The notes beneath the pieces are model-generated. The model searched no databases and was not told the DNA's origin. It saw only the letters and a list, made by a program, of their open reading frames with translations. Both the position numbers and the translations under genes were made by a program. A stretch of DNA of 64,000 nt from an uncultured Gemmatimonadaceae bacterium (GTDB taxonomy: Bacteria > Gemmatimonadota > Gemmatimonadetes > Gemmatimonadales > GWC2-71-9): assembly GCA_964599725.1 (NCBI GenBank), contig CAZRGT010000016.1, forward strand, positions 34,351 through 98,350, in the 5' to 3' direction. Shown here piece by piece: positions 38,466-46,861 of this stretch (its first letter is position 1; each line of letters begins with the position of its first letter).

Positions 38466-40821
38466 CGAGCTCCCCCTCCAACGCCGTCAACGCCCGACGG
38501 ATGACTTCGTCCACGTCGCTGTCCCGCAGGGTGCGGACGGGATCTCGAAACACGCAGCGCCACGTCGCGCCACGCGTGCCCGCCGGCACGTTCGGACCGC
38601 GGTACTCGTCCAGCACCTCCAGCCGCTCGAGCCACGGCCCGGCTGCCTGTCGTATCCGCCCCTCGACATCAGCGGCGAGCACCCCGGCCGGCAACACCAG
38701 CGACAAGTCCTGCACCGTGGCCGGCTGCGTCGGCAGCGGGACGTAGCCCACGGTCGACGTGGTCTCCACCGCGATTTCGACCTCGAAGCCGAGCAGGGGC
38801 CCAACCCACCGGGGGGAATCCGCCTGCAGCGCGCTGGCCCAGCCGATTTTCCGGCCATCGGCTCCCGTCGCCGCCCACAGAAGCCCGTCACTCCCCGGCA
38901 CGACCGCCGCCTGCGGAGCGGCGGTGGAGACCGCTAACTCAAAGTGGCGCTTGAGGTCCCAGATGTCCATATCGGGGGTCGCCGCTTCGGACCAGTGGAG
39001 CGGACACCGGGCGCCCGTCATCACCGCCGCGACCATCAGGCGCTCCTCCGGAACCGGGCCGACACCCGCTCGGAACACGGTCCCCGCCTCGAACAGTCGT
39101 ACGTCCCGTTCGCGCACGGCCCAGTTGTGCTCGACGCGTCGCACCAGCCCGGGAAGCAGGCGACTGCGCAGATACGCCTCGTCCGCGGACAGCGGATTAC
39201 GCAATGCGACGGCATCCGGCGCATCCGCGGGCCCGAGCGGCGTGGTACGCGCCTCGAGAAAGCCGGCACGGGCCATCGCCGCGCGGACACGCGCCACGGC
39301 ATGCTCGGACGGCGCTTCCGGCACCGCGCCCGGGCGGTACGGGCGCAACTCGTCGGGGAACGAGTCGTAGCCCCGCAGGCGAGCCACTTCTTCGATGAGA
39401 TCGACCTCGCGCGTCACATCCGGTCGCCAGCCCGGGACCTGCACCGCGATGCGCTCGTCTTTGGGGGCGGCGATGAAGCCGACGCTCGACAGGAGGCGTT
39501 CGATCTCCTCCCGCGGCATCGGGACGCCGAGCAGTCGGTCGACGCGATCGAGATGCAGAAAGACTGTGCGGGGCGGTTGCGGCTCCGGCCACAAGTCGAG
39601 CGGCGCCTCGCGCATCGTCCCGCCGGCCACGGCCACGATGAGCTCGATCGCGCGGCGCAAGGCGTCCGGCATCGCCAGCACATCGATGCCCCGTTCGTAA
39701 CGGTAGCTCGATTCGCTCGACAGTCCGAGGGCGCGCCGGGTGCGGCGGATCCGCGTCGGTTGGAAAGCCGCGCATTCGAGCACCACATCGGTCGTGGCCT
39801 CGGTGACTTCGGATTCGGCGCTCCCCATGACCCCGGCCACGATGGTGGGTCGATGGGCGTCGCAGATCGTCGTCATCTCGGGCGAGAGCACGCGCTCGAT
39901 GCCATCCAACGTGACGATCTGCTCGCCCGCCCCGGCCCGGCGCACCACGACCGCCGGTCCACGCAGCTTCGCCAGATCGAAGGCGTGCATCGGCTGATTC
40001 AGCTCGAACAGGACGTAGTTCGTCGCATCCACCACGTTGTTGATCGGCCGCTGGCCGATGGCGTGGAGCCGACGGGCCAACCACTCGGGGCTCGGCCCGA
40101 CCCGGACACCGCGGATCACCGCGATCAGGTAACGGGGGGCGCCCTCGGGATCCTCGACGCGGACCTCCACTCCGTCCACGGTTCCTTGACGAGCGGAATG
40201 ACGGATGGACGGATAGGCGGATGGCTGCATCGACCCGCCCGGGAAAGCCGGAAGCTTGACGGTGGCGCCGAGCGCCGCCGCCAATTCCCTCGCGACACCC
40301 TTGTGGCACAGCAGGTCGGGCCGGTTGGCGTACACCTCGAGGACGATGCGATCGTCCGTCACGGGGATGGCATCCACGAACCGCGATCCGGGGGCCGCGT
40401 CGGTCTCGAGGGTCAAGATGCCGTCGTGCTCCTGCCCGAGCCCCAGCTCTTGTGCCGAGCACAGCATGCCGTTTGACGCGACGCCGCGGATCTTGCGGCG
40501 CTCGAGCTTCAGACCGCCCGGCAGGACCGCCCCAACGGGAGCAAAGGGATAGGTCTTCCCCGCCTGGACATTGGGCGCTCCGCAGACCACCTCCAGCGGT
40601 CCTTCCGCGCCGCCGGCATCCACCAGACACAGACTGAGGCGATCCGCGTTGGGATGGGGCTTCACTTCCAGGACGCGACCGATCAGCACGTCGCCCAGAC
40701 CCGGGTGCAGCGGCTCGACCGCTTCGACCGGACAGCAGCGCGCAGTCAGCAGCGCCGCCACTTCCCGGGCATCCAGCGGGCGACCGAGCAGCGCCTCCAT
40801 CCACCGGCGGGACAGGTTCAT
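38443..40821 (-). CDS. pheT: Phenylalanyl-tRNA synthetase beta subunit
   Basis: HPNADRL, VCGAPN, NRPDLL, SYRYERG, FDX-ACB C-terminus. Confidence 0.97.
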   Translation of the reverse strand: MNLSRRWMEALLGRPLDAREVAALLTARCCPVEAVEPLHPGLGDVLIGRVLEVKPHPNADRLSLCLVDAGGAEGPLEVVCGAPNVQAGKTYPFAPVGAVLPGGLKLERRKIRGVASNGMLCSAQELGLGQEHDGILTLETDAAPGSRFVDAIPVTDDRIVLEVYANRPDLLCHKGVARELAAALGATVKLPAFPGGSMQPSAYPSIRHSARQGTVDGVEVRVEDPEGAPRYLIAVIRGVRVGPSPEWLARRLHAIGQRPINNVVDATNYVLFELNQPMHAFDLAKLRGPAVVVRRAGAGEQIVTLDGIERVLSPEMTTICDAHRPTIVAGVMGSAESEVTEATTDVVLECAAFQPTRIRRTRRALGLSSESSYRYERGIDVLAMPDALRRAIELIVAVAGGTMREAPLDLWPEPQPPRTVFLHLDRVDRLLGVPMPREEIERLLSSVGFIAAPKDERIAVQVPGWRPDVTREVDLIEEVARLRGYDSFPDELRPYRPGAVPEAPSEHAVARVRAAMARAGFLEARTTPLGPADAPDAVALRNPLSADEAYLRSRLLPGLVRRVEHNWAVRERDVRLFEAGTVFRAGVGPVPEERLMVAAVMTGARCPLHWSEAATPDMDIWDLKRHFELAVSTAAPQAAVVPGSDGLLWAATGADGRKIGWASALQADSPRWVGPLLGFEVEIAVETTSTVGYVPLPTQPATVQDLSLVLPAGVLAADVEGRIRQAAGPWLERLEVLDEYRGPNVPAGTRGATWRCVFRDPVRTLRDSDVDEVIRRALTALEGELGVRRRTG
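40193..40224. repeat. Octamer tandem repeat inside pheT
   Basis: GCGGAATG ACGGATGG ACGGATAG GCGGATGG. Confidence 0.7.
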
Positions 40822-41846
40822 CGAGCGTCCCCCGCGAACTGCGCCAGGAAACGCACGTCGCTCTCGTACAGCAGCCGAATGTCGGGAATACCGAACCGCA
40901 GCATGGCGATCCGATGCGGTCCCATGCCGAAGGCAAATCCCGTGTAGCGCTCGGAGTCGATGCCGCAATGCTCGAGCACGGCCGGGTGCACCATGCCGCT
41001 CCCGAGGATCTCCATCCACCCGCTCTGCTTGCACGTGGGGCAGCCGCTGCCCCGGCACACGGTACAGCGGACGCTCATATCGGCCGACGGCTCGGTGAAC
41101 GGAAAGTACGAGGGATGGAACCGGACCACCGCGTCGCGGGCGAAGAAGCGCCGGGCGAAGCGACTCAGGGTCGCCTTGAGGTCGACGAAGGACACGCCCT
41201 CATCCACGACCAGTCCCTCGATCTGCTCGAACACCGGGGCGTGGGAGGCGTCGAATGGGTCGCGACGATATACCTGCCCCGGAATGACGACCCGGATCGG
41301 CGGCCGGTACGCCTCCATGGTGCGAACCTGGACCGGTGAGGTATGGGTGCGCAGCAACAGCTCGTCGGTGACGTAAAACGAGTCCTGCGAGTCGAGCGCC
41401 GGATGGTCCTTGGGGAAATTGAGCGCATAGAAGTTGTTGCGCTCGGTTTCGATCTCGGGACCGACGACGCGCACGAACCCAAGCTCGCGGAAGATGTCGC
41501 AGATCTCGTCCACCACCTGGGTGACGAGATGCAGGCCGCCGCGCCATTGCGCGCGGCCCGGCATGGTGGGGTCGATATCGCTCGGCGCGACCGTGGCGGA
41601 CGCGAGCTCGCGCTCCCGCGCCGCGAAGGCCGCTTCGAACTCCGCTTTGAGGGCGTTCGCGGCCTCGCCCACCGTCTTGCGGGCGTCCGGGGGGAGCGTG
41701 GGGAGGGCCTTCAGGACCGCTGAGAGCGCGCCAGCTTTCCGGCCCAGGATTTCCGTATGGAGGGCCTGGAGCCGGCGCTGATCCGCCTGGGGAATCTCGC
41801 GGAGACGCTCCCGCAGGCCGTCGAGGCTCGCGAGAAGGTCGTGCAT
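40818..41846 (-). CDS. pheS: Phenylalanyl-tRNA synthetase alpha subunit
   Basis: LLRTHTSPVQ, YFPFTEPS, GFAFGMG. Confidence 0.97.
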   Translation of the reverse strand: MHDLLASLDGLRERLREIPQADQRRLQALHTEILGRKAGALSAVLKALPTLPPDARKTVGEAANALKAEFEAAFAARERELASATVAPSDIDPTMPGRAQWRGGLHLVTQVVDEICDIFRELGFVRVVGPEIETERNNFYALNFPKDHPALDSQDSFYVTDELLLRTHTSPVQVRTMEAYRPPIRVVIPGQVYRRDPFDASHAPVFEQIEGLVVDEGVSFVDLKATLSRFARRFFARDAVVRFHPSYFPFTEPSADMSVRCTVCRGSGCPTCKQSGWMEILGSGMVHPAVLEHCGIDSERYTGFAFGMGPHRIAMLRFGIPDIRLLYESDVRFLAQFAGDAR

Positions 41847-41848
41847 GA

Positions 41849-42202
41849 TCAGCGGGCCTTCTTCGCGACCTCCGCCAGCTGCTCAAACGCGCCGGGGTCC
41901 CGGACGGCGAGGTCGGCGAGGACTTTGCGATTGATCTCTACGCCGGCCTTGCGCAGTCCATTCATCAGCCGGTTGTAGGACAGATCGTGGAGCCGGGCGG
42001 CCGCATTGATGCGCGTGATCCAGAGTCGCCGGAACTCGCCTTTCTTGCGGCGGCGATCGCGGTACGCATATTTCTGCGCGCGTTCGACACTTTCCTTGGC
42101 GGCCTTCCACAGCTTGCTGCGGCCGCCGAAGTAGCCCTTGGCGAGCTGCATCACCTTATTCTTGCGCTTCAGACGCGCGACACTGCTCTTGACGCGAGGC
42201 AC
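41849..42202 (-). CDS. rplT: 50S ribosomal protein L20
   Basis: [20 protein letters not shown]. Confidence 0.98.
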   Translation of the reverse strand: MPRVKSSVARLKRKNKVMQLAKGYFGGRSKLWKAAKESVERAQKYAYRDRRRKKGEFRRLWITRINAAARLHDLSYNRLMNGLRKAGVEINRKVLADLAVRDPGAFEQLAEVAKKAR

Positions 42203-42211
42203 GGGGTCTCC

Positions 42212-42406
42212 TTACGCCAGCAGCAGCCGCTTCAAGCGGCGCTCATCGGCGTGCGCGACCAGCGTCCCCTTGCGCAGGTGACGCTTCCGCTTCGGATGTT
42301 TCTTGGTGAGGATGTGGCTCTTCATGGCGCGATGGCGGCGCAACCGCCCCGAGCCGGTGAGCCGCACCCGTTTCCGGAGCGCGCGCTTGGATTTCATTTT
42401 CGGCAT
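42212..42406 (-). CDS. rpmI: 50S ribosomal protein L35
   Basis: MPKMKS...HILTKK. Confidence 0.97.
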   Translation of the reverse strand: MPKMKSKRALRKRVRLTGSGRLRRHRAMKSHILTKKHPKRKRHLRKGTLVAHADERRLKRLLLA

Positions 42407-42422
42407 GTGAACTCCTGAATTC

Positions 42423-42470
42423 GCTATCAGCCATCGGTGATCGGCTATCGGTCAGCTGAAAGCCGATCGC
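42423..42470. repeat. Inverted heptamer-repeat element between infC and rpmI
   Basis: GCTATCA GCCATCG GTGATCG GCTATCG followed by inverted GCTGAAAGCCGATCGC. Confidence 0.6.
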
Positions 42471-42471
42471 G

Positions 42472-43005
42472 TCATTTCGGTCCCAGCACCATCGACATGT
42501 TGCGCCCTTCCAGCCGCGGCTCCTGCTCGATCTTGCAGATGTCCTTGAGCTCCGCGGCGACCCGGTCGAGCACATCCCGGCCCAGCTCGATGTGGGCCAT
42601 CTGCCGGCCGCGGTACATCATCGTCACTTTCACCTTGTTGCCGTCCTGCAGAAACTCACGCGCATGGCGCGTCTTGAAGTCGAAGTCGTGATCGTCGATC
42701 CCCGGCCGGTACTTCACTTCCTTCAGATGAATCACGTGCTGCTTTTTCTTGGCCGCCCGGGCCGCCTTGGCCTGCTCGAACTTGAACTTGCCGTAGTCCA
42801 TGATCTTGACCACGGGGGGCCGCGCCAACGGCGCCACCTCCACCAGGTCGAGCCCCCGCTCCTGCGCCGCCGCCAGGGCCTCGTCGATCGACAGGACGCC
42901 AAGCTGCGCGCCATCATCTGCGATCACCCGCACCGGGCTGATCCGGATCATCCGATTGATCCGGGTGCGGGGCTGTTTGTTGGTATTGCTGCTTTCGATC
43001 GCCAG
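42472..43005 (-). CDS. infC: Translation initiation factor IF-3, non-AUG start (CTG 43005 or ATC 42999)
   Basis: RINRMIR, PPVVKIMDYGK, KEVKYRPGIDDHD; frame open to a GGAGG RBS 7 nt before CTG. Confidence 0.93.
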   Translation of the reverse strand: MAIESSNTNKQPRTRINRMIRISPVRVIADDGAQLGVLSIDEALAAAQERGLDLVEVAPLARPPVVKIMDYGKFKFEQAKAARAAKKKQHVIHLKEVKYRPGIDDHDFDFKTRHAREFLQDGNKVKVTMMYRGRQMAHIELGRDVLDRVAAELKDICKIEQEPRLEGRNMSMVLGPK

Positions 43006-43206
43006 GTGGTCGCCTCCCTCACAAATGAAAACGCGGACTCCAGTCGCCCCGGAATCCGCTTGCGCGAGTCATCAGTTGGCGGTCGTCTGTTCTCAGCAGC
43101 TGACTGAGGACCGACGACCGATGACTCATTCGGAACCGTGGAGCGCTCCCCGTCCACCGGGAGGCTTGGAGGTGGGGCGCCACCGGCGCCCGCTTGTACT
43201 CTGCCA
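43006..43206 (-). ncRNA. Structured 5' leader of infC-rpmI-rplT (L20-leader-like)
   Basis: CAAGC-GGGCGCC/GGCGCCC hairpin-CACC, second hairpin, 62-nt inverted repeat 43066-43127, terminator-like hairpin. Confidence 0.6.
43022..43059 (-). terminator. Attenuator-type terminator in infC leader
   Basis: GCGGATTCC-N9-GGAGTCCGC followed by GTTTTCATTT. Confidence 0.6.
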
Positions 43207-43212
43207 GCGTTG

Positions 43213-43241
43213 AACTTACGTCGTCGCCACCGCGTCCACAA
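43213..43241 (-). promoter_or_regulatory. sigma70 promoter for infC operon
   Basis: TTGTGG-N17-TAAGTT; -10 overlaps the MBL gene stop. Confidence 0.55.
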
Positions 43242-44082
43242 GACCGAAACTCTTGCCCTCCCGGCGCAGACGCCCGAGCGCCACAACTGGATCGTGCTCG
43301 AAGCACAGCCGCCAGCCTTCGGCTTCGGCCCGCCCGTAGAGCCGGCGCCGGGTCTCGAGGGTGACGAGCGGCTCGAGATCGTATCCCATGATCCACGGCA
43401 AGGGCAGATGCGCCGCGGTGGGAACGAGATCAGCCAGGAAACAGGCGCGCTCCCCGCCGCTCTCGATCAGGACCGACTGGTGATAGGGAGTATGGCCGGG
43501 GGTGGGCAGACAGCGTACGCCGGGTACGACCTCCATCTCCCCTTCCGCCAGCTGGAACTCGATGGCGGAGAAGTTCGCCGCCAGATAGCTCCCGGCCGTA
43601 CGCTCGTTGGGATGGCGCGCGAACTCCAGCTCACCACGCTGGACCACGTGGCGCGCGTTGGGGAAGCTGGACCGCAGGGCGCCGGCGGCATCACGGTAGC
43701 TGTCGCCCCCAGCGTGATCGAAGTGCAGATGGGTGTTGATCACCCAGTGGACGTCAGTCGCGGCGTGGCCCGCCGCCGCCAGGGCGTCCTCCAGCTGGGT
43801 CCGCCCTCCGTGGCCTCCGTTCTCGATGCCGTACATGTCCCGGAATTTCGCTTCGTCCTTGTCGCCGGCGCCCGTGTCGACGAGCACCAACCCATCGTCG
43901 TGCTCCACCAACAAGCACCGCATCGCCATCGGGATGCGGTTCTTGGCATCGGGGGCGATGCGTCGCTCCCACAGTGGCTTCGGCACGACGCCGAACATGG
44001 CACCACCGTCCAGCCGCAGAGTGCCCGCCTCGAGCAGATGACAGCGCAGGCGACCGACGGAGAACGAGATCGTGAGACTCAG
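43216..44082 (-). CDS. MBL-fold metallo-hydrolase (YtnP-like)
   Basis: LDGGAMFGVVPK, HLHFDHAGG, TPGH; start uncertain (CTG overlapping arcA stop assumed). Confidence 0.9.
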   Translation of the reverse strand: MSLTISFSVGRLRCHLLEAGTLRLDGGAMFGVVPKPLWERRIAPDAKNRIPMAMRCLLVEHDDGLVLVDTGAGDKDEAKFRDMYGIENGGHGGRTQLEDALAAAGHAATDVHWVINTHLHFDHAGGDSYRDAAGALRSSFPNARHVVQRGELEFARHPNERTAGSYLAANFSAIEFQLAEGEMEVVPGVRCLPTPGHTPYHQSVLIESGGERACFLADLVPTAAHLPLPWIMGYDLEPLVTLETRRRLYGRAEAEGWRLCFEHDPVVALGRLRREGKSFGLVDAVATT

Positions 44083-45311
44083 AGATCGTCGCGCCGCAAC
44101 GGGAGGGTCATGCAGCGCGGGCCGCCGCCGCCGCGCACCAGCTCGCTGCCTTCGAGGGTGATCACGCCGCGCGCGCCATCCTCGAGCCACTCTTCGCCCG
44201 TTAACAGGTTCACCGCGGTCACGGTCCGGAACCCGGCATGCTCCAGCTCCCGCAGCGTGGCCTCGTTGCGCGCATAGGTCACCACCACGCCGGGGCGCAC
44301 CGTGAAGAAGTTGCAGGCCGACGACCACTGCTCGCGTTCCTGCACCGAGCGGGCATTGCCGCCGCAGAACACCGGCTCCAGGGGAAGATCCACCGCCTGC
44401 ATCGCAGCGAAGAAATTGGGGATCTCCTTGACTCCCTTGGAGCGCTTGCGCCGATGCAGCACCGCGAGCCGCTCCGGACCGACGAAGAAGGGCGGATATA
44501 CGACACAGGCCTCGCGATCGATCTGCGTGAAGATCATGTCGAGATGGATAGCGGTCCGCTCCGTGGGGAGCACCACGACAATCACGTCGGTCACGCCGCA
44601 CTTCTCGAAGGCGAGCTCGCACAGCTGATCCAGCGCCGCCGGGCTCGAGCGCTCGCTGAACCCCAGGACCAGGAGGTCGGGGCGCAGCGGATGGACGTCG
44701 CCACCCTCGAGCGTATAGGTGTGACGCCGCTCCTCGGAGCCGTCGTAGAGGATCCCGGCGTTGTCGAGCTTCTCGTGGTAGCGAAACAGCGCTTTGACCA
44801 GCATCTCCTCGGTCCAGCGCACGCCATAGCGCATCGACCCGATGATGGCGTGTTCCCCTACCACGATGCCGACGTCACGAGTGAAAAAGAGATTCGGCAG
44901 CGGCGGCAGCGCGTAGCCCACTTCGTTGAGGGCCCGGGCGATCGGCCCCGCGTCCTCGAGCGTCCCTTCGATCATCGTCGCGACCAGCTCCTCGGCCGAG
45001 AGCACCGTGAGTCGCTTGGCGAGAACGTCGGAGGGAACGACTTCGAGCGCCCGCGTGATCAGGAATTCGCGCACGTCCGGCTTGGCGACGATCTCGGTCA
45101 GCAGGTCGCGCACCTCATAGACGTCGGCGAAGCGCTCCAACACCGCGACGAAGCGACGATGCTCGCGCTGCGCCAGGTCGAGGTCGATGATGTCGTCGTA
45201 GAGGTAGTCTTCTCGATTCCCCGGCGTGACGGCGACCAACTCCTTCCCCGGTGTGTGCACGAGGACGGAACGCAGCGGGCCGATTTCGGAGGTCACGTGA
45301 ACGCGGGGCAT
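44079..45311 (-). CDS. arcA: Arginine deiminase
   Basis: SEIGPLRSVLVHTPG, LYDD, FTRD, LEGGD, IHLD, GGGPRCM. Confidence 0.94.
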   Translation of the reverse strand: MPRVHVTSEIGPLRSVLVHTPGKELVAVTPGNREDYLYDDIIDLDLAQREHRRFVAVLERFADVYEVRDLLTEIVAKPDVREFLITRALEVVPSDVLAKRLTVLSAEELVATMIEGTLEDAGPIARALNEVGYALPPLPNLFFTRDVGIVVGEHAIIGSMRYGVRWTEEMLVKALFRYHEKLDNAGILYDGSEERRHTYTLEGGDVHPLRPDLLVLGFSERSSPAALDQLCELAFEKCGVTDVIVVVLPTERTAIHLDMIFTQIDREACVVYPPFFVGPERLAVLHRRKRSKGVKEIPNFFAAMQAVDLPLEPVFCGGNARSVQEREQWSSACNFFTVRPGVVVTYARNEATLRELEHAGFRTVTAVNLLTGEEWLEDGARGVITLEGSELVRGGGGPRCMTLPLRRDDL

Positions 45312-45374
45312 GGGCCCCACAATCTAACCGCGCGGAGACGAGCCGCTAAACCGCTGCTGAACTGTGGGTTACCG

Positions 45375-45995
45375 CTAGCGGTGGGCCAGCGCGAAGCTCA
45401 GCGTCTCGAGCTCCAAGGCCATGTTCACGGTCTGCACCGCGATGTCCTGCGGCACCGAGAGCTGGACCGGCGCGAAGTTCAGAATCGCCTTGACGCCCGC
45501 CCGCACCAGTCGGTCCGCCACTTCCTGAGCCGCCTCCGCCGGCGTCACGAGGATCGCGATTTCCGTCGGCTCCTTCCTGAGGTCCGCCTCCAGGCAACGG
45601 ATGTCCCGCACCACGAGGCCGTTCCACGCTGAGCCGATCTTCCTGGGATCGCGGTCGTAGATCGCCGATACCTCGAAGCCATGCTGCCGAAACCCCTGGT
45701 AGTGCAACAGCGCACCTCCCATCTTCCCCGCCCCCACCAGCACGACGCGGTGGCTGCGCTTCAGCCCCAGGATCTCGCGGATGCGACCGGCGAGCTCGGG
45801 CACCGAGTAGCCCAGACCCCGCTTGCCGAAGGAGCCGAAGAACGAGAGATCCTTCCGGACCTGGGCCGGTGTGGTCCCTCCGCGCTGCGCCAGCTCGGCG
45901 GAGCTGATGGTCGCGACCCCCTGCGCCGCCGACTGCTCCAGGAAGCCCAGGTACAGCGCCAGGCGCCGGACGGTCGAGTCCGAGATCTTCCGCAT
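45375..45995 (-). CDS. rex: Redox-sensing repressor Rex
   Basis: STVRRLALY, QVRKDLSFFG, GKRGLGY, GAGKMG, ILNF. Confidence 0.97.
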   Translation of the reverse strand: MRKISDSTVRRLALYLGFLEQSAAQGVATISSAELAQRGGTTPAQVRKDLSFFGSFGKRGLGYSVPELAGRIREILGLKRSHRVVLVGAGKMGGALLHYQGFRQHGFEVSAIYDRDPRKIGSAWNGLVVRDIRCLEADLRKEPTEIAILVTPAEAAQEVADRLVRAGVKAILNFAPVQLSVPQDIAVQTVNMALELETLSFALAHR

Positions 45996-45996
45996 A

Positions 45997-46014
45997 TTGT
46001 GAATTATTTCACAA
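45997..46014. promoter_or_regulatory. Rex operator
   Basis: TTGTGAA-TTAT-TTCACAA, exact consensus, 1 nt from rex ATG. Confidence 0.93.
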
Positions 46015-46035
46015 TCGATCCCTCCCACGCAAGCC

Positions 46036-46857
46036 TCAGGATCGACCGACGGCTCCGCCGCGAAACAGCTGCACGAATTGCTCCGGGGTGAGCGTCTCGG
46101 GGCGCTGGGTAACGGCGATCCCCAACGATTCGAGCTGCGCCGTCACCCGCTCCGGTTCGTTCCCGGTCACGGCGCTCAGCACGTTGCGCATTTGTTTGCG
46201 ACGCAGACTGAAGCACGCCGTCACGAACGCCCGGAATCGCGGCACCTCCTCGGGATCCACCAGGGGAGCGGGCAGCGGCCGGAGACGGACCACGGCGCTG
46301 CGCACTTTGGGCGGTGGCTGGAACGCCCCTGCGGCCACGCCAAACAGCTGCTCCACCTGGGACAGCGACTGAACGCCCACCGACAACCCCCCATACGTCT
46401 TCGACCCGGGTCGCGCGGCCAGCCGAACGGCGACTTCCGCCTGGACGAGAAACACGACCAGCTGCGGCAGGGGCGCGGTGAGCGCTCTTTCGATGAGGGG
46501 AGTCGTGATTTGGTAGGGGATGTTGCCGACGACCTTCCATTGCGGATTGCGGATTGTGGATTGCGGAATGAGCTCTTTCCAATCGATCCGGAGAGCGTCG
46601 CCCGAAACCACTTGGATATTTGGCGATCCAAGGCCCGCCACCCGCCATCGCTCCACCAGCCGCACGTCCTTCTCGATCGCGATCACGCGACCGACGCGTT
46701 CCGCCAGTACGCGCGTCAGCGTGCCCGAGCCGGCGCCGATCTCGATGACGACATCGGCCGGCGAGGGTTCCAGGGCATCCACGATGCGCTCGAGGATGTG
46801 TCGATCAGCGAGAACATGTTGCCCCAGCCACGGGGGACGGCGCCGAGCGACTGCCAC
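46036..46857 (-). CDS. rsmA: 16S rRNA dimethyltransferase
   Basis: LGQH, EIGAGSG, GNIPYQIT, PPPKVRS. Confidence 0.96.
   Translation of the reverse strand: MAVARRRPPWLGQHVLADRHILERIVDALEPSPADVVIEIGAGSGTLTRVLAERVGRVIAIEKDVRLVERWRVAGLGSPNIQVVSGDALRIDWKELIPQSTIRNPQWKVVGNIPYQITTPLIERALTAPLPQLVVFLVQAEVAVRLAARPGSKTYGGLSVGVQSLSQVEQLFGVAAGAFQPPPKVRSAVVRLRPLPAPLVDPEEVPRFRAFVTACFSLRRKQMRNVLSAVTGNEPERVTAQLESLGIAVTQRPETLTPEQFVQLFRGGAVGRS
46540..46567. repeat. Heptamer tandem repeat inside rsmA
   Basis: TTGCGGA TTGCGGA TTGTGGA TTGCGGA, encodes IPQSTIRNPQ. Confidence 0.75.
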
Positions 46858-46861
46858 GCCG

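Noticed and set aside
41847-41848. pheS leader, T-box or attenuator
   Set aside because: rplT and pheS are 2 nt apart.
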